A stretch of 60,153 nt of DNA, the filler included. It is 8 parts of 8 records of this genome, joined end to end, with 100 filler letters (N's around TTAATTAATTAA, not from the genome) between each part and the next. Parts side by side here need not be neighbours in the genome. Positions count along the whole stretch, not along the records: positions 27,338 to 41,411 come from SRR31147125_52690; 7 more parts are not named here. One strand, written 5' to 3'. The position numbers and the translations under genes are program-made. This document shows, piece by piece, positions 30,750 through 40,861 of this stretch. The stretch's first letter is position 1; each line of letters opens with the position of its first letter. Below the pieces are notes generated by a model. That model worked only from the letters and a program-made list of their open reading frames with translations. It had not been told where the DNA came from and did no database searches.

Positions 30750-32230
30750 TTGAACATCTTCCCATACTGCAGGTGCTCATCCCCCTGCTGGGCGCACCTC
30801 TCTGTCTGATACTCAGACAGCCCCGGTTGGTCGCGATATTTGCGCTGCTGGTCAGCACCCTTACCTTTATGGTCAGCTGCGGGCTGCTGCAGCAGGTCAT
30901 GCTGCACGATGTACTGGTGTATTCCCTTGGAGGATGGCCGGCCCCATGGGGGATCGAATACCGGATCGATTACCTGAACAGCTACCTGCTGCTGATCGTT
31001 TCGGCAATGGGCGCCATCGTACTGGTCGCATCCCAGACCAGCATCGCCAGGGAACTGCCGCGCAACCGGCACATGCTGTATTACACCGCCTACCTGCTCT
31101 GCCTGACCGGCCTGCTCGGGATCGTGTGCACCGCAGACGCGTTCAACATCTTCGTATTTCTTGAGATTTCCTCGCTGTCGTCCTATACCCTGATCGCGCT
31201 CGGGAACGACCGCAGGGCGTTGACGGCGGCCTACCAGTACCTGATCATGGGAACCATCGGGGCGACCTTTATCATCATCGGGGTTGGCCTCATGTACATG
31301 ATGACGGGTACGCTGAACATGTACGATCTTGCCGAACGGCTGCCCGCCGTCAACAATTCACGCACGGTACTCAGTGCGATCGGATTTTTCATCGTCGGCG
31401 TCTGCCTGAAACTGGCTCTTTTTCCGCTCCACCTGTGGCTTCCGAATGCGTATGCGTTTGCCCCGTCGGCGGCAACGGCCTTCATGGCTGCGACTTCGAC
31501 AAAGGTGGCCGTGTATGTCCTCATCCGCTTCGTGTTCTCGGTGGTCGGGGCGGAGTTCATGGTCACCGTACTCCCGCTGCAGCAGATCTTTATCGTACTT
31601 GGTGTCACCGGCGTGTTCGCAACGTCGATCTCGGCGATATACCAGCTCAATATCAAGCGTCTGTTCGCCTACTCCAGTGTGGCCCAGATCGGCTACATGA
31701 TTATCGGGCTGGGCATTGGAACAAAACTCGGGCTCACCGCGACGCTGATTCACCTGTTCAACCACGCGTTGATGAAAGCCGCGCTTTTCCTGGCTATCGG
31801 TGGTGTCGTGTACCGGATCGGCAGTTCCCAGCTCAGTCATTTCGCCGGTCTCGGCAAACAGATGCCGTTTACGATGGCCGCAATCGTGGCAGGCGGCATG
31901 AGTCTCATCGGTGTGCCGTTGACCGTCGGGTTCATCTCAAAGTGGTATCTGGTCCTCGCGCTGCTGGAGAAGGGCTGGTGGCCGCTGACGGTGCTGGTGC
32001 TGATTAGCTCGCTTTTGGCCGTGCTCTACGTATGGCGGATCGTCGAGTGGGTCTATTTCACGCCACCGCGGATCATCATCGATGACGTGAAGGATGCACC
32101 GTTGAGCCAACTGGTCCCCATTTGGATCCTGGTGATCGCCAATATCTATTTTGGGATTGATACGTCCTTGACCGTCGGCATCAGCCAGAAGGCGGCGGAG
32201 ATCCTGTTCGGCGTCGGAGGACTGTTCTGA
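30746..32230 (+). CDS. mrpD: Mrp/Mnh antiporter subunit D
   Basis: GGWPAPWGIE, DAFNIFVFLEI, KLALFPLHLWLPNAY, KRLFAYSSVAQIG. Confidence 0.92.
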   Translation: MIEHLPILQVLIPLLGAPLCLILRQPRLVAIFALLVSTLTFMVSCGLLQQVMLHDVLVYSLGGWPAPWGIEYRIDYLNSYLLLIVSAMGAIVLVASQTSIARELPRNRHMLYYTAYLLCLTGLLGIVCTADAFNIFVFLEISSLSSYTLIALGNDRRALTAAYQYLIMGTIGATFIIIGVGLMYMMTGTLNMYDLAERLPAVNNSRTVLSAIGFFIVGVCLKLALFPLHLWLPNAYAFAPSAATAFMAATSTKVAVYVLIRFVFSVVGAEFMVTVLPLQQIFIVLGVTGVFATSISAIYQLNIKRLFAYSSVAQIGYMIIGLGIGTKLGLTATLIHLFNHALMKAALFLAIGGVVYRIGSSQLSHFAGLGKQMPFTMAAIVAGGMSLIGVPLTVGFISKWYLVLALLEKGWWPLTVLVLISSLLAVLYVWRIVEWVYFTPPRIIIDDVKDAPLSQLVPIWILVIANIYFGIDTSLTVGISQKAAEILFGVGGLF

Positions 32231-33717
32231 TGAATCTGTCTCCCGAGTTCCTGATGATGGCTACGCTGCTGGTTCCGCTCATGGCGGTTTTCGGTATTGC
32301 AGCCGCAGACCGCAGCCCGAATCTGAGAGAGGGGGTGACCCTGACTGCCTGTGTGGTCCTCATTGCTCTGGTCTGTAAACTGTACGCGCTGACGTCGGCG
32401 GGGGTGGAAGCTTCATGGGACGTGGTGGAGATGATACCCGGTCTCTCCATGTATTTCCGTATCGAGCCGCTCGGCATGCTTTTTTCGCTGATTGCCGCTT
32501 TTCTCTGGCTGATTACAACAATTTATTCGATCGGCTACATGCGGGGACACCACGAGAAAAATCAGACCCGATTCTATATCTGTTTCGCAATCGCGATCTC
32601 ATCGGTTATGGGCATTTCTTATGCCGGGAATCTGCTCACACTCTTTATCTTCTATGAGGTCCTGACACTCTCCACGTATCCGCTTGTCACCCATGCGGGA
32701 ACAGAAAAGGCAAAATCCGGTGGGCGGATCTATCTCGGTATATTGCTGAGTACGTCAATTCTCTTCTTGCTGCTCGGTATCATCGGTACCTGGTATATAA
32801 CCGGAACTCTTGATTTTAAGGCCGGGGGCGTGTTCCACAGTTCGGACACGTTTGCCGCAGCGGTGTTGTTGCCGCTGTTCATCTTCGGAATCGGTAAAGC
32901 GGCAATCATGCCGTTTCACCGGTGGCTGCCCGCCGCCATGGTAGCCCCGACTCCGGTCAGTGCACTGCTGCATGCGGTAGCCGTGGTGAAAGCGGGTGTC
33001 TTTTCGGTGCTGAAGGTGTGTACCTATATCTTCGGGTTCGACCTGCTGTGCCAGCTGCCGAGTACCGATTTTCTCATCTACCTGGCCGGGGCGTCGGTGA
33101 TCATTGCGTCGCTCGTGGCGATGCGGCAGGACAACCTCAAGGCCAGGCTGGCCTATTCCACGGTGAGCCAGCTCAGCTACATCACCGTGGGCGCGCTGCT
33201 CGCGAACGAAGCCGGCGCACTGGGCGGGGCGATGCATATCGGGATGCACGCGTTCGGCAAGATCACGCTGTTTTTCTGTGCCGGCGCGATCATGGTGGCA
33301 TCGCACAAAACGGAAATATCGGATATGCACGGGCTGGGACGAAAAATGCCGATCACGATGACGGCCTTTTTCATCGGTGCCCTGTCGATCATCGGGCTGC
33401 CCCCGTGCGGCGGCACGTGGTCTAAGTGGTATCTGATGATCGGGACCATCGATGCGCACCAGTGGGTCCTGATGGCGGTTCTGATGGCCAGTTCGCTGCT
33501 CAATATTGCTTACCTGCTGCCTATACCGCTCAAGGCGTTCTTTTATGAGCCTGCCGATAACGGTTCTGCCGGCACTGCAATGCAGGAAGCGCCGCTGCCG
33601 TGCCTGATCGCATTGTGCCTGACCGCAGCGGGATGTATTGTTCTGTTCATCTATCCCCAGCCGCTGTTCGAGCTGGCAACTTCATTCGTGGAGGCGACCG
33701 GTTACCATGGCAGATGA
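32230..33717 (+). CDS. MrpD/MrpA-like proton-conducting membrane subunit (second paralog)
   Basis: KAAIMPFHRWLPAAMVAPTPVSALLHA, DNLKARLAYSTVSQL. Confidence 0.88.
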   Translation: MNLSPEFLMMATLLVPLMAVFGIAAADRSPNLREGVTLTACVVLIALVCKLYALTSAGVEASWDVVEMIPGLSMYFRIEPLGMLFSLIAAFLWLITTIYSIGYMRGHHEKNQTRFYICFAIAISSVMGISYAGNLLTLFIFYEVLTLSTYPLVTHAGTEKAKSGGRIYLGILLSTSILFLLLGIIGTWYITGTLDFKAGGVFHSSDTFAAAVLLPLFIFGIGKAAIMPFHRWLPAAMVAPTPVSALLHAVAVVKAGVFSVLKVCTYIFGFDLLCQLPSTDFLIYLAGASVIIASLVAMRQDNLKARLAYSTVSQLSYITVGALLANEAGALGGAMHIGMHAFGKITLFFCAGAIMVASHKTEISDMHGLGRKMPITMTAFFIGALSIIGLPPCGGTWSKWYLMIGTIDAHQWVLMAVLMASSLLNIAYLLPIPLKAFFYEPADNGSAGTAMQEAPLPCLIALCLTAAGCIVLFIYPQPLFELATSFVEATGYHGR

Positions 33718-33994
33718 GAAACGCTACCTGTTCGACAATCCACGCAATGTCAAGGCGGTACTGTACCTGCTCTATGCAAGCTGCGGCCTGCTGCTCCTCA
33801 TCGATTTCATGATTCATCGGCACATTACCCATCACTGGGAAAAGCTGCTCGGCTTCTACTGCATATACGGGTTCATCGGCTGCAGCGGTATCGTGATCGG
33901 GTCGAAGTGGCTGCGGGCATTGGTGGAGCGTGAGGAAGACTATTATACGAAAGATGAATTGACCCAGCCGGAGGAGCGCCATGTGGAGCAGTAA
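33707..33994 (+). CDS. Small 2-TM protein inside the mrp operon
   Basis: ATG 33707 MADEKRYLFDNPRNVK; two TM segments, GFYCIYGF, REEDYY; overlaps both neighbours. Confidence 0.78.
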   Translation: MADEKRYLFDNPRNVKAVLYLLYASCGLLLLIDFMIHRHITHHWEKLLGFYCIYGFIGCSGIVIGSKWLRALVEREEDYYTKDELTQPEERHVEQ

Positions 33995-35684
33995 CATTCC
34001 GGCCTTTGTCCCGTTTTTCCTGGCTGCCGGGCTGGCTGCGGTGACCCGGGGCCGGACCCGTTCGACCCTGATGCTCATGATCGTCGCGCTGAGCGGCCTG
34101 CATCTCTGGTTTCTTGAAGGCGATGTCCTGGTGCGAATGGCGTTTCTGGACTATGAGCTTGCGCCGTACCGGGTGGACGGCTTAAGCGTTGTATTCGGCT
34201 ACGTGTTCCACATCGCGGCCTTTATTTCGATTCTTTTTTCGCTGCACGTAAAAGATACGACCCAGCACGTGGCCGGTTTGCTCTATGCGGGCTCTGCACT
34301 CGGAGCGTTGTTTGCCGGCGACCTGCTGAGCTTGTTCGTTTTCTGGGAATTGCTCGCCGTAACCTCGGCGTTTCTCGTCTGGGCGCAGCGCAGCGAGCGG
34401 GCGTACCAGTCGGGCATGCGCTACCTCATCATTCAGGTGCTGTCGGGTGTCATCCTGCTCGCCGGTCTGCTGATGCACCTGGAGGATACCGGTTCTCTCG
34501 AGTTCACCTATATCGGCATCGACTCCGTGGCGGGCTGGCTGATCCTGGTGGCGTTCGGCATCAAGGCGGCCTTTCCGCTGCTCCATACCTGGCTCACCGA
34601 TGCGTACCCGGAAGCCACTCCGACCGGGACCGTGTTCCTCAGCGCATTTACGACGAAGACCGCGATCTATATGCTGGCCCGGGGCTATCCAGGAACCGAG
34701 CTGCTCATCTATATCGGGGCGGTAATGGCCACCTTCCCGATCTTCTACGCGGTGATTCAGAACGACCTGAGGAGGGTGCTCTCCTACAGTCTGATCAATC
34801 AGCTCGGCTTCATGGTGTGCGGCATCGGCATCGGCACCGCGCTGGCGATAAACGGGGCAGTGGCCCACGCGTTCGTGCACATCATCTACAAGAGCCTGCT
34901 CTTCATGTCGATGGGGGCGGTGCTCTACATGACCGGAAAGATCAAGGCAACCGATATCGGCGGCCTGTACAAGACGATGCCGATAACCGCGATCCTCTGT
35001 ATTATCGGTGCGGCTTCTATCTCCGCGTTTCCGTTGTTCAGCGGCTTCGTCGCGAAATCGATGATCATGGCAGCCGCCCTCAAAGAGGGGCACCAGGCCA
35101 TCTGGCTGGTATTGCTGCTCGCATCGGCAGGTGTGCTGAAGCATGCAGGCATCCAGATTCCCTATTTCGCCTTTTTCGCCCACGATTCGGGTATCAGGAC
35201 ATCGGAACCGCCGAAGAACATGATGCTTGCGATGATGATCGCTGCCGCGCTCTGTCTGGCAATCGGTATATACCCGGACATGCTGTACCGGCTGCTGCCG
35301 TTTGCAACCGATTTCACCGCCTACGACCTGAGTCACGTGGTCACCCAGATGCAGTTGCTGTTCTTCGCAATGCTGGCATTTGTGTGGCTCAATCTGCAGG
35401 GTGTATACCCGCCCGAAAAAGTGGCGATCAACCTCGACGGGGAGTGGTTCTACCGTCGTTTCCTGCGTCGCGTCGTCGGGCTCTTCGGCCGCTGGATCAG
35501 AGGGACGGACGGCTCCCTGCGCTCCAAGGTCGAACGGAAGATCAGCCAGCTGGGCGGCTATCTGGCGCAGCGCCACTATCCCACCGGGAAGGGGGCGGTG
35601 ATCCGGCCAACGGGCAACATGGTCATGTATATCGCAATCCTGCTTGCCGCATACCTGTGGCTGCTGCTCAGTTTCCCCCACTGA
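33981..35684 (+). CDS. MrpA/MrpD-like proton-conducting membrane subunit (third paralog)
   Basis: GDLLSLFVFWE, LHTWLTDAYPEATPTG, NDLRRVLSYS, AFPLFSGFVAKSM. Confidence 0.88.
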   Translation: MWSSNIPAFVPFFLAAGLAAVTRGRTRSTLMLMIVALSGLHLWFLEGDVLVRMAFLDYELAPYRVDGLSVVFGYVFHIAAFISILFSLHVKDTTQHVAGLLYAGSALGALFAGDLLSLFVFWELLAVTSAFLVWAQRSERAYQSGMRYLIIQVLSGVILLAGLLMHLEDTGSLEFTYIGIDSVAGWLILVAFGIKAAFPLLHTWLTDAYPEATPTGTVFLSAFTTKTAIYMLARGYPGTELLIYIGAVMATFPIFYAVIQNDLRRVLSYSLINQLGFMVCGIGIGTALAINGAVAHAFVHIIYKSLLFMSMGAVLYMTGKIKATDIGGLYKTMPITAILCIIGAASISAFPLFSGFVAKSMIMAAALKEGHQAIWLVLLLASAGVLKHAGIQIPYFAFFAHDSGIRTSEPPKNMMLAMMIAAALCLAIGIYPDMLYRLLPFATDFTAYDLSHVVTQMQLLFFAMLAFVWLNLQGVYPPEKVAINLDGEWFYRRFLRRVVGLFGRWIRGTDGSLRSKVERKISQLGGYLAQRHYPTGKGAVIRPTGNMVMYIAILLAAYLWLLLSFPH

Positions 35685-35750
35685 CGGCCGGCCGGGTGTT
35701 GCAGCTGTTGTTGCCCTGAGTTGCGAAGACTCTGAACCTGTATGGGGACT

Positions 35751-36731
35751 CTACTTGCCGAGCGGCAGGATCAGCTGATGGTCGGATCTGTCGGCGTCGA
35801 CAACCCGAATGTCACCAATTTCCGGGTATATCGACTTGATGAATTCCAGGTAGATTTTTTCCCGGTGAGCCTCCGGTTTCTCGACATACGATTCGTAACG
35901 TGACCGGAACCGGGATGCCTCACCCTCCGCCTCGAGGATCTTCTCGTTCTTGTACGAGCGGGCCTCCTGCACAAGCCGGTTTGCCTCCGTGCGCGCCTCC
36001 GGAACGATCCGGTTGAGATATCCCTGGGCCTGGTTGAGCGCCTGTTTCTTCTCAACTCCCGCATTGATGACCTTGTCGAAATCCTGCTGCACCTTGGTGG
36101 GCGGGGTTATCTCCTTGATTTCCAGAAAGGTCAGATGAATGCCGGTGCTGAACCGCTCGAGCTGCTCTGACAATGCGTTCTGCAGGTCGAACTCGAGCTG
36201 TTTCTTGCCGATAGTCAGTACTTCGTCGATCCTGAGTCGGGCCAGATGGTGGACGATCAGATCCGCCGTGCAGCGTTCCATGAAATGCTCGGGTCGCTTC
36301 ATCTCGTAGAGGTATTTCACCGGATCACCGATAGTGTATTTCAGGACCAGGGTGATCGCGACGATGTTGTTATCTCCGGTGATACAGTATGGCTCGAGGT
36401 CCGTATTGTTGTAGAAGGAGTAGGACCTGCCCCCCTGTTTATGCGTGTAGCGGGAACTGAAATCGTTGATCGCAACGGTCTTCACCTGTTTGACCGGGAC
36501 GATTTCGATTTTGTCGACTGGCCAGGGGAGCTTGTAGTGCAGACCGGGTGGAACCCGCGGCTCGACGATTTTCCCAAAACGCGAGAGCACCCCGACCGCG
36601 TCTCCGGGAATTTTGTACATGCCGCTTGCTCCGTAGACGATCAGCGCGACGATCAGAATCCACTTCATGTACACCCATATCAATTGGTGAAGCGCGCGTG
36701 AAAGCGCTCCTGATACCGATCCCCGTTTCAT
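35751..36731 (-). CDS. hflK: HflK-like SPFH protein
   Basis: TM, VLSRFGK, PGLHYKLPWPVD, ITGDNNIV, IVPEARTEA, EAEGEASRF. Confidence 0.85.
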   Translation of the reverse strand: MKRGSVSGALSRALHQLIWVYMKWILIVALIVYGASGMYKIPGDAVGVLSRFGKIVEPRVPPGLHYKLPWPVDKIEIVPVKQVKTVAINDFSSRYTHKQGGRSYSFYNNTDLEPYCITGDNNIVAITLVLKYTIGDPVKYLYEMKRPEHFMERCTADLIVHHLARLRIDEVLTIGKKQLEFDLQNALSEQLERFSTGIHLTFLEIKEITPPTKVQQDFDKVINAGVEKKQALNQAQGYLNRIVPEARTEANRLVQEARSYKNEKILEAEGEASRFRSRYESYVEKPEAHREKIYLEFIKSIYPEIGDIRVVDADRSDHQLILPLGK

Positions 36732-37618
36732 TGCAGCGCATCCTTCCTGTCAATCTGGAGGTATTTGAATAGATCCGAATCTGTGGAAATGACCAAGGTC
36801 GTGTCCCTCCCGAGAATTGAGCTGTAGGTTTCGAGAGATTGCAGGAAATTGAAGAATTCGCCGCCTTCCTGGTATGCTTCGGTGTAGATGGCCATGGATG
36901 TGCGGTCACCTTCGCCTTTAAGGATGAGCGCCTGCTTCTTTGCCTCCGCCCGGATTTGACGAGCCTGCTTGTCCGCCTCAACCGTCGTTTTCTGCGCCAC
37001 TTCGATTCCTTCGGCCCGGATCTTGTCCGCCTCTTTCTTGCGCTCGGATTTCATGCGTTCGTACACTGCATTGATGACAACGCTCGGGTAGGCGAGTCGC
37101 TGAACACCGGTTTCGAGGATTTCCACTCCGTATTTCGACGTCGAGTTTGCGCTTGCGGCGGCGGTGGCCCGATCCTCTATTTCACCGAGCAGCACGTGAT
37201 CGGCTTCCGTGTTGATGATGTTTTCGATCGAGTAATCCGCAAGGACGATTGACAGTTTGGAGTTGATGATATCGCCAAGTTTCTGAACCGCATTCTCCGT
37301 TTGCCCCATCGATTGGAAGAAGAGCAGCGGGTCATCGATTTTCCACAACACGTAGCAACTGATGATGATCGGCTTCTTGTCACCGAGCAGGAGCTGGGTC
37401 GGCTGGGTCTCGAACAGGTCGGCGCGTTTGTCGAACCGGTTCACCCGTTCGATGAAACCCGGGAATTTGATTTTGAGACCGGCGGAGTCGAGCGTCCGCA
37501 CCGGTTTTCCAAACTGGGTAATAATAACCAGTTCATTCTCCTTCACCGTATAAAATGAGAAATAGAGCACAACGGCGAGCACGCTGATCAGCGCTGCAAT
37601 GCCAACACGAATCTTCAT
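36728..37618 (-). CDS. hflC: HflC-like SPFH protein
   Basis: ITQFGKPV, DKKPII, WKIDDPLLF, VYERMKSER, IRAEG, FFNFLQSLETY, DSDLFKY. Confidence 0.9.
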   Translation of the reverse strand: MKIRVGIAALISVLAVVLYFSFYTVKENELVIITQFGKPVRTLDSAGLKIKFPGFIERVNRFDKRADLFETQPTQLLLGDKKPIIISCYVLWKIDDPLLFFQSMGQTENAVQKLGDIINSKLSIVLADYSIENIINTEADHVLLGEIEDRATAAASANSTSKYGVEILETGVQRLAYPSVVINAVYERMKSERKKEADKIRAEGIEVAQKTTVEADKQARQIRAEAKKQALILKGEGDRTSMAIYTEAYQEGGEFFNFLQSLETYSSILGRDTTLVISTDSDLFKYLQIDRKDALQ

Positions 37619-39416
37619 TAGTTCTTCCTTCCACTCATGTAATTTTCGAGATAGATGAGCTTCCCGTCGATACCGCTTTTCGGGTCGACCAGAAATATCT
37701 TCTTATCCGTCAGCGCCGTTTCCGCCGCCTTCAGCAATAAAATATCCTTCATCACCGCGCCTCCTTCCATATACCCCTGGTAGCGGAGGAGGTAGTTCGT
37801 CGCTTCCCCCTCTGCGATTTTCTCTTTTTCGATGACATAGCTTCGGGCTTCGGCAACGGTTTTCATCTTCTTGATCCGTTCACGGGAAAGCAGTGCATCG
37901 ACCCTCCGTTCTGCATCGTTGAGGTTTGCTTTTTTGAGCTGGTTTGCGGCGACAACCTCCTCATACGAGCCGGCCAGTTCGATAGGCGGATGGAGGTCGC
38001 GGAGGCAGAATTCGACAATCTCGATCCCGATTTTGAGTTCGTCGCTGCGGGCCTGAAGTTGCTCGGCGAATTCCCGGGTCCATGGCTCGCGCTCCGTGAG
38101 GATTAGGTCGTAAAAAGGGGTGGTGGAGAACAGCTGGTTGAGCATCTGCAGAGACAGTGATGTGAGCATTTTCTCAGGAACACCGTCACTGAAGCTCAGG
38201 TAGTAGTCGTGCACGCTATTGATGCGGTAGTGAACGACTATGTACGGCAGGAACAGGTTGTTGTCGCCCGAGATAAACGCCTGGTTGTCCCCGTGGTCCT
38301 TGGTCCAGATCATGGCTGTTTCCGCAACCATGCTGTTGCCGAGCACGAGGTTTTGAACGCTGGTTGCATCGAACGTCGTGACCCGGTCGACCGGGTAGGG
38401 CAGTTTCAGATGGATTCCCGGTCCGATATCGGCCGTTTCATTGACAAGCCGTCCCATTCTCATCAGCAGCGCTTTTTCATTCGGGGCGACGGTATAGAAG
38501 AAAGTCGACAGGTAGGCGAGAAGTGCGGCGGCCGCGGCTGTTCCGGCGGTGAGTCTGAAAACCCACCGGAAAATGAGCGGGATCTTTTTCAGGAAGGCCT
38601 TCGCCCGGGAACTGATCTGAATCTGTGTATCGATAAATCGTGCCAGAGAAATATAGGTTTCCACCTGGAATGCACGCCAGATAATGGACGTAAAACGATA
38701 CTCAAACGCGATCCGGCTGTTACCTGTGACGATAGCGCGAATCGAGTTGACCAGCAACTCGGAGGCAAAGGTGAATATATACAACGCGATGAAAATACCG
38801 ACCCAGCGATCCACATCGATTGTAAAATAGTAGAGGATCAGCGAGATACCGGTGAGCAGCGAGATCGCCATATCTGCACGATTGTGGTGGCTGTCCGCCA
38901 CCAGTGCAGCGGAGTCTTCTGACTGGCCGACAAGTGCTTCGAAGCGGCTGATAAAGAACGATCCGAAGGAGAGACCGATGAATATCAGCCCGGTTATCAG
39001 GGAAGGGACACGACCGCGCGTTCACTCACGATTCCGCGCCAGAATATCGTAGCAGCGGCAATCATCAGAACACCCCCTATGAGCGTGGAGATTTTCAGCT
39101 CGGTATTGACTCTTCGAAACCATCTCCAGGCGCGGACAAAAGCGTTCGTGGGGTGATGCTCGGCTGCAGCGGAGGTGTCGGCTGTCGAAAGACCGGAATG
39201 ACTTTCGGTTGCTGCGGCGCTGTTTGTTTTTGTTTTATTGGACTGGTGGATGATCGAGACGAGAACGAGCATCGTGGTTGCGACATCGGACGTACTGTGC
39301 CATGCCTCGGACAACACCGCGATACTTCCCGATAACCAGTACAGGATAAATTTGATTGCGGTCAGGACTATCGTAAATGAAAACGCCAGCCAGGCAGCTT
39401 TGGTGCTCTGTGACAC
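37618..39416 (-). CDS. CDF cation-efflux transmembrane domain fused to an HflK-like SPFH domain (~600 aa; frameshift at 39000-39002)
   Basis: ORF 38997-39416 has CDF TM1-3 (SGSIAVLSEAWHSTSD). Adding one C continues LITGLIFIGLSF...SAALVADSHHNRAD (TM5), then GPGIHLKLPYPVD, ISGDNN, DLHPP, AEGEA. Confidence 0.8.
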
Positions 39417-39519
39417 GGGGAAACCTCTTCTGATTTACTCATAGGGAAAATGACAGAAAAGGATATAGAATACAGCTGAAAAAGGAAAGCCACCTCGGTC
39501 TGATTTAACGCAAACCTAA

Positions 39520-40368
39520 TTAACGGTTCATGTTGAATTGATTGCTCATACGGTTCCTGTTCTTGAGCAGGTCCACGATTGCCGGGTCTGGATGGTGGAG
39601 GATCTGCGGCGGCTCCGGGAAGGGGAGCTGCAGTTCGGCACCGAACGGGGTTTCGAGATTACGGTTGTAGGCTTCGACCATCAGCCGCTCGAGATTGACC
39701 GTATCCTCGATATTGTAGGCGAGCAGCGTCTCCAGCGCCTGTTCGTTGCCGGTTCGCTCGTACTCCCTCCACAACAGCACCGCGAAGCTGCCGTCGATCC
39801 CGTCAAGGCTGCCGCGGTTGATGCCGAGCTGCCTCTCGCATTTTTTCAACCCTCCCTTGAACCCCATGCGCGATAAGACGTAGCGCAGATCGATGTGGGC
39901 CTGGTCGAGTTCGATCCTGAAAAAATGTTCGATAACGGGGACATCGAACGACAGCCCGTTGAAGGAGATGAACACGCCGATGTCTTCGACATCGTCGATG
40001 AATTCATCGAGGTTGATCGTGTTGACGTAGGTTCGCACCCGGCTACCGTCGTAGAGCGCAATGCTGGTAATCTCACAATCGTGGCCGAGGCCGGTGGTCT
40101 CGATATCGATGTAGCCGACCTGCTTTCGGTAGTGCGGAAACAGCCGCCAGCGATCGCCGTGTTTCAGCCGTTTGATGAAGAACAGGGGGTCGTCGGCGAG
40201 GGCTTCGAGCGACGCCTCGAGAACTGCCGCGACTTCATGTCCGCTGACCCGTGGCACGATGTCCGGAGATTGCAGCAGATCGTCCCACGTGCGGATGCCC
40301 TGGGCCCAGAGCTTCTGTTCGCCGCCGTAGCCTATTCCCTGGATGTGGCAGAATGTGTGTTCAAGCAT
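39520..40368 (-). CDS. YprB-like RNase H-fold (DEDD-type) nuclease
   Basis: IDIETTG, SFNGLSFDVP, HIDLR, GGLKKCE, YNIEDT; N-terminal IQGIG HhH-like motif. Confidence 0.85.
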   Translation of the reverse strand: MLEHTFCHIQGIGYGGEQKLWAQGIRTWDDLLQSPDIVPRVSGHEVAAVLEASLEALADDPLFFIKRLKHGDRWRLFPHYRKQVGYIDIETTGLGHDCEITSIALYDGSRVRTYVNTINLDEFIDDVEDIGVFISFNGLSFDVPVIEHFFRIELDQAHIDLRYVLSRMGFKGGLKKCERQLGINRGSLDGIDGSFAVLLWREYERTGNEQALETLLAYNIEDTVNLERLMVEAYNRNLETPFGAELQLPFPEPPQILHHPDPAIVDLLKNRNRMSNQFNMNR

Positions 40369-40399
40369 GAAATGAGTGTGATGAATTGTCGGATGAGGG

Positions 40400-40822
40400 T
40401 TACCAGTCGGAGGAAGAGACTTTACGGCGCTGTGACTTGCGGCGGCTGCGCTGCTGTTTGCTCTCGAGCCGTTTCTCGCGGGCTGCCCGGGACGGCCGGG
40501 TCGGTACCCGTTTTTTGGCTTTTTTCAACGCTGATGTGATGATCAGGCGGAGTCGCTGGAGCGCGTCTTCCCGATTCTGCTCAAGACTCCGGAAGCGCTG
40601 CGCCTTGATCACGATGACGCCGTCGTCGGTGATCCGGGAATCCCGCATGTTCAACAGCCTGGCTTTGCACTGTTCGGGCAACGATGAGTTCTGTATGTCG
40701 AAGCGCAGGTGGATGGCTGCGGCGACCTTGTTCACATGCTGCCCGCCGGGTCCGGAGGCGTGAATCTGGCGTAACTCAATTTCCTGGTCCGGGATGTGTA
40801 TTGTGTCGGTAATCGTAATCAT
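40400..40822 (-). CDS. arfB: Alternative ribosome rescue factor ArfB
   Basis: SGPGGQHVNK (GGQ), RSLEQNREDAL, basic tail with PTRPS. Confidence 0.95.
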   Translation of the reverse strand: MITITDTIHIPDQEIELRQIHASGPGGQHVNKVAAAIHLRFDIQNSSLPEQCKARLLNMRDSRITDDGVIVIKAQRFRSLEQNREDALQRLRLIITSALKKAKKRVPTRPSRAAREKRLESKQQRSRRKSQRRKVSSSDW

Positions 40823-40861
40823 CTGTTGGGCTCGGGCGCCGGGTCCTGTCGGGGAGAGAGG

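Noticed and set aside
34182-35681. 499-aa antisense ORF and similar long shadow ORFs (34817-35719, 43109-43978, 25761-26477)
   Set aside because: They overlap well-supported genes in GC-rich DNA and have no recognisable motifs.
39520-40368. RNase H-like nuclease as a defence or transposase gene
   Set aside because: It matches the widespread stand-alone YprB-like pattern, lies downstream of pyk and arfB, and has no terminal repeats or defence neighbours.
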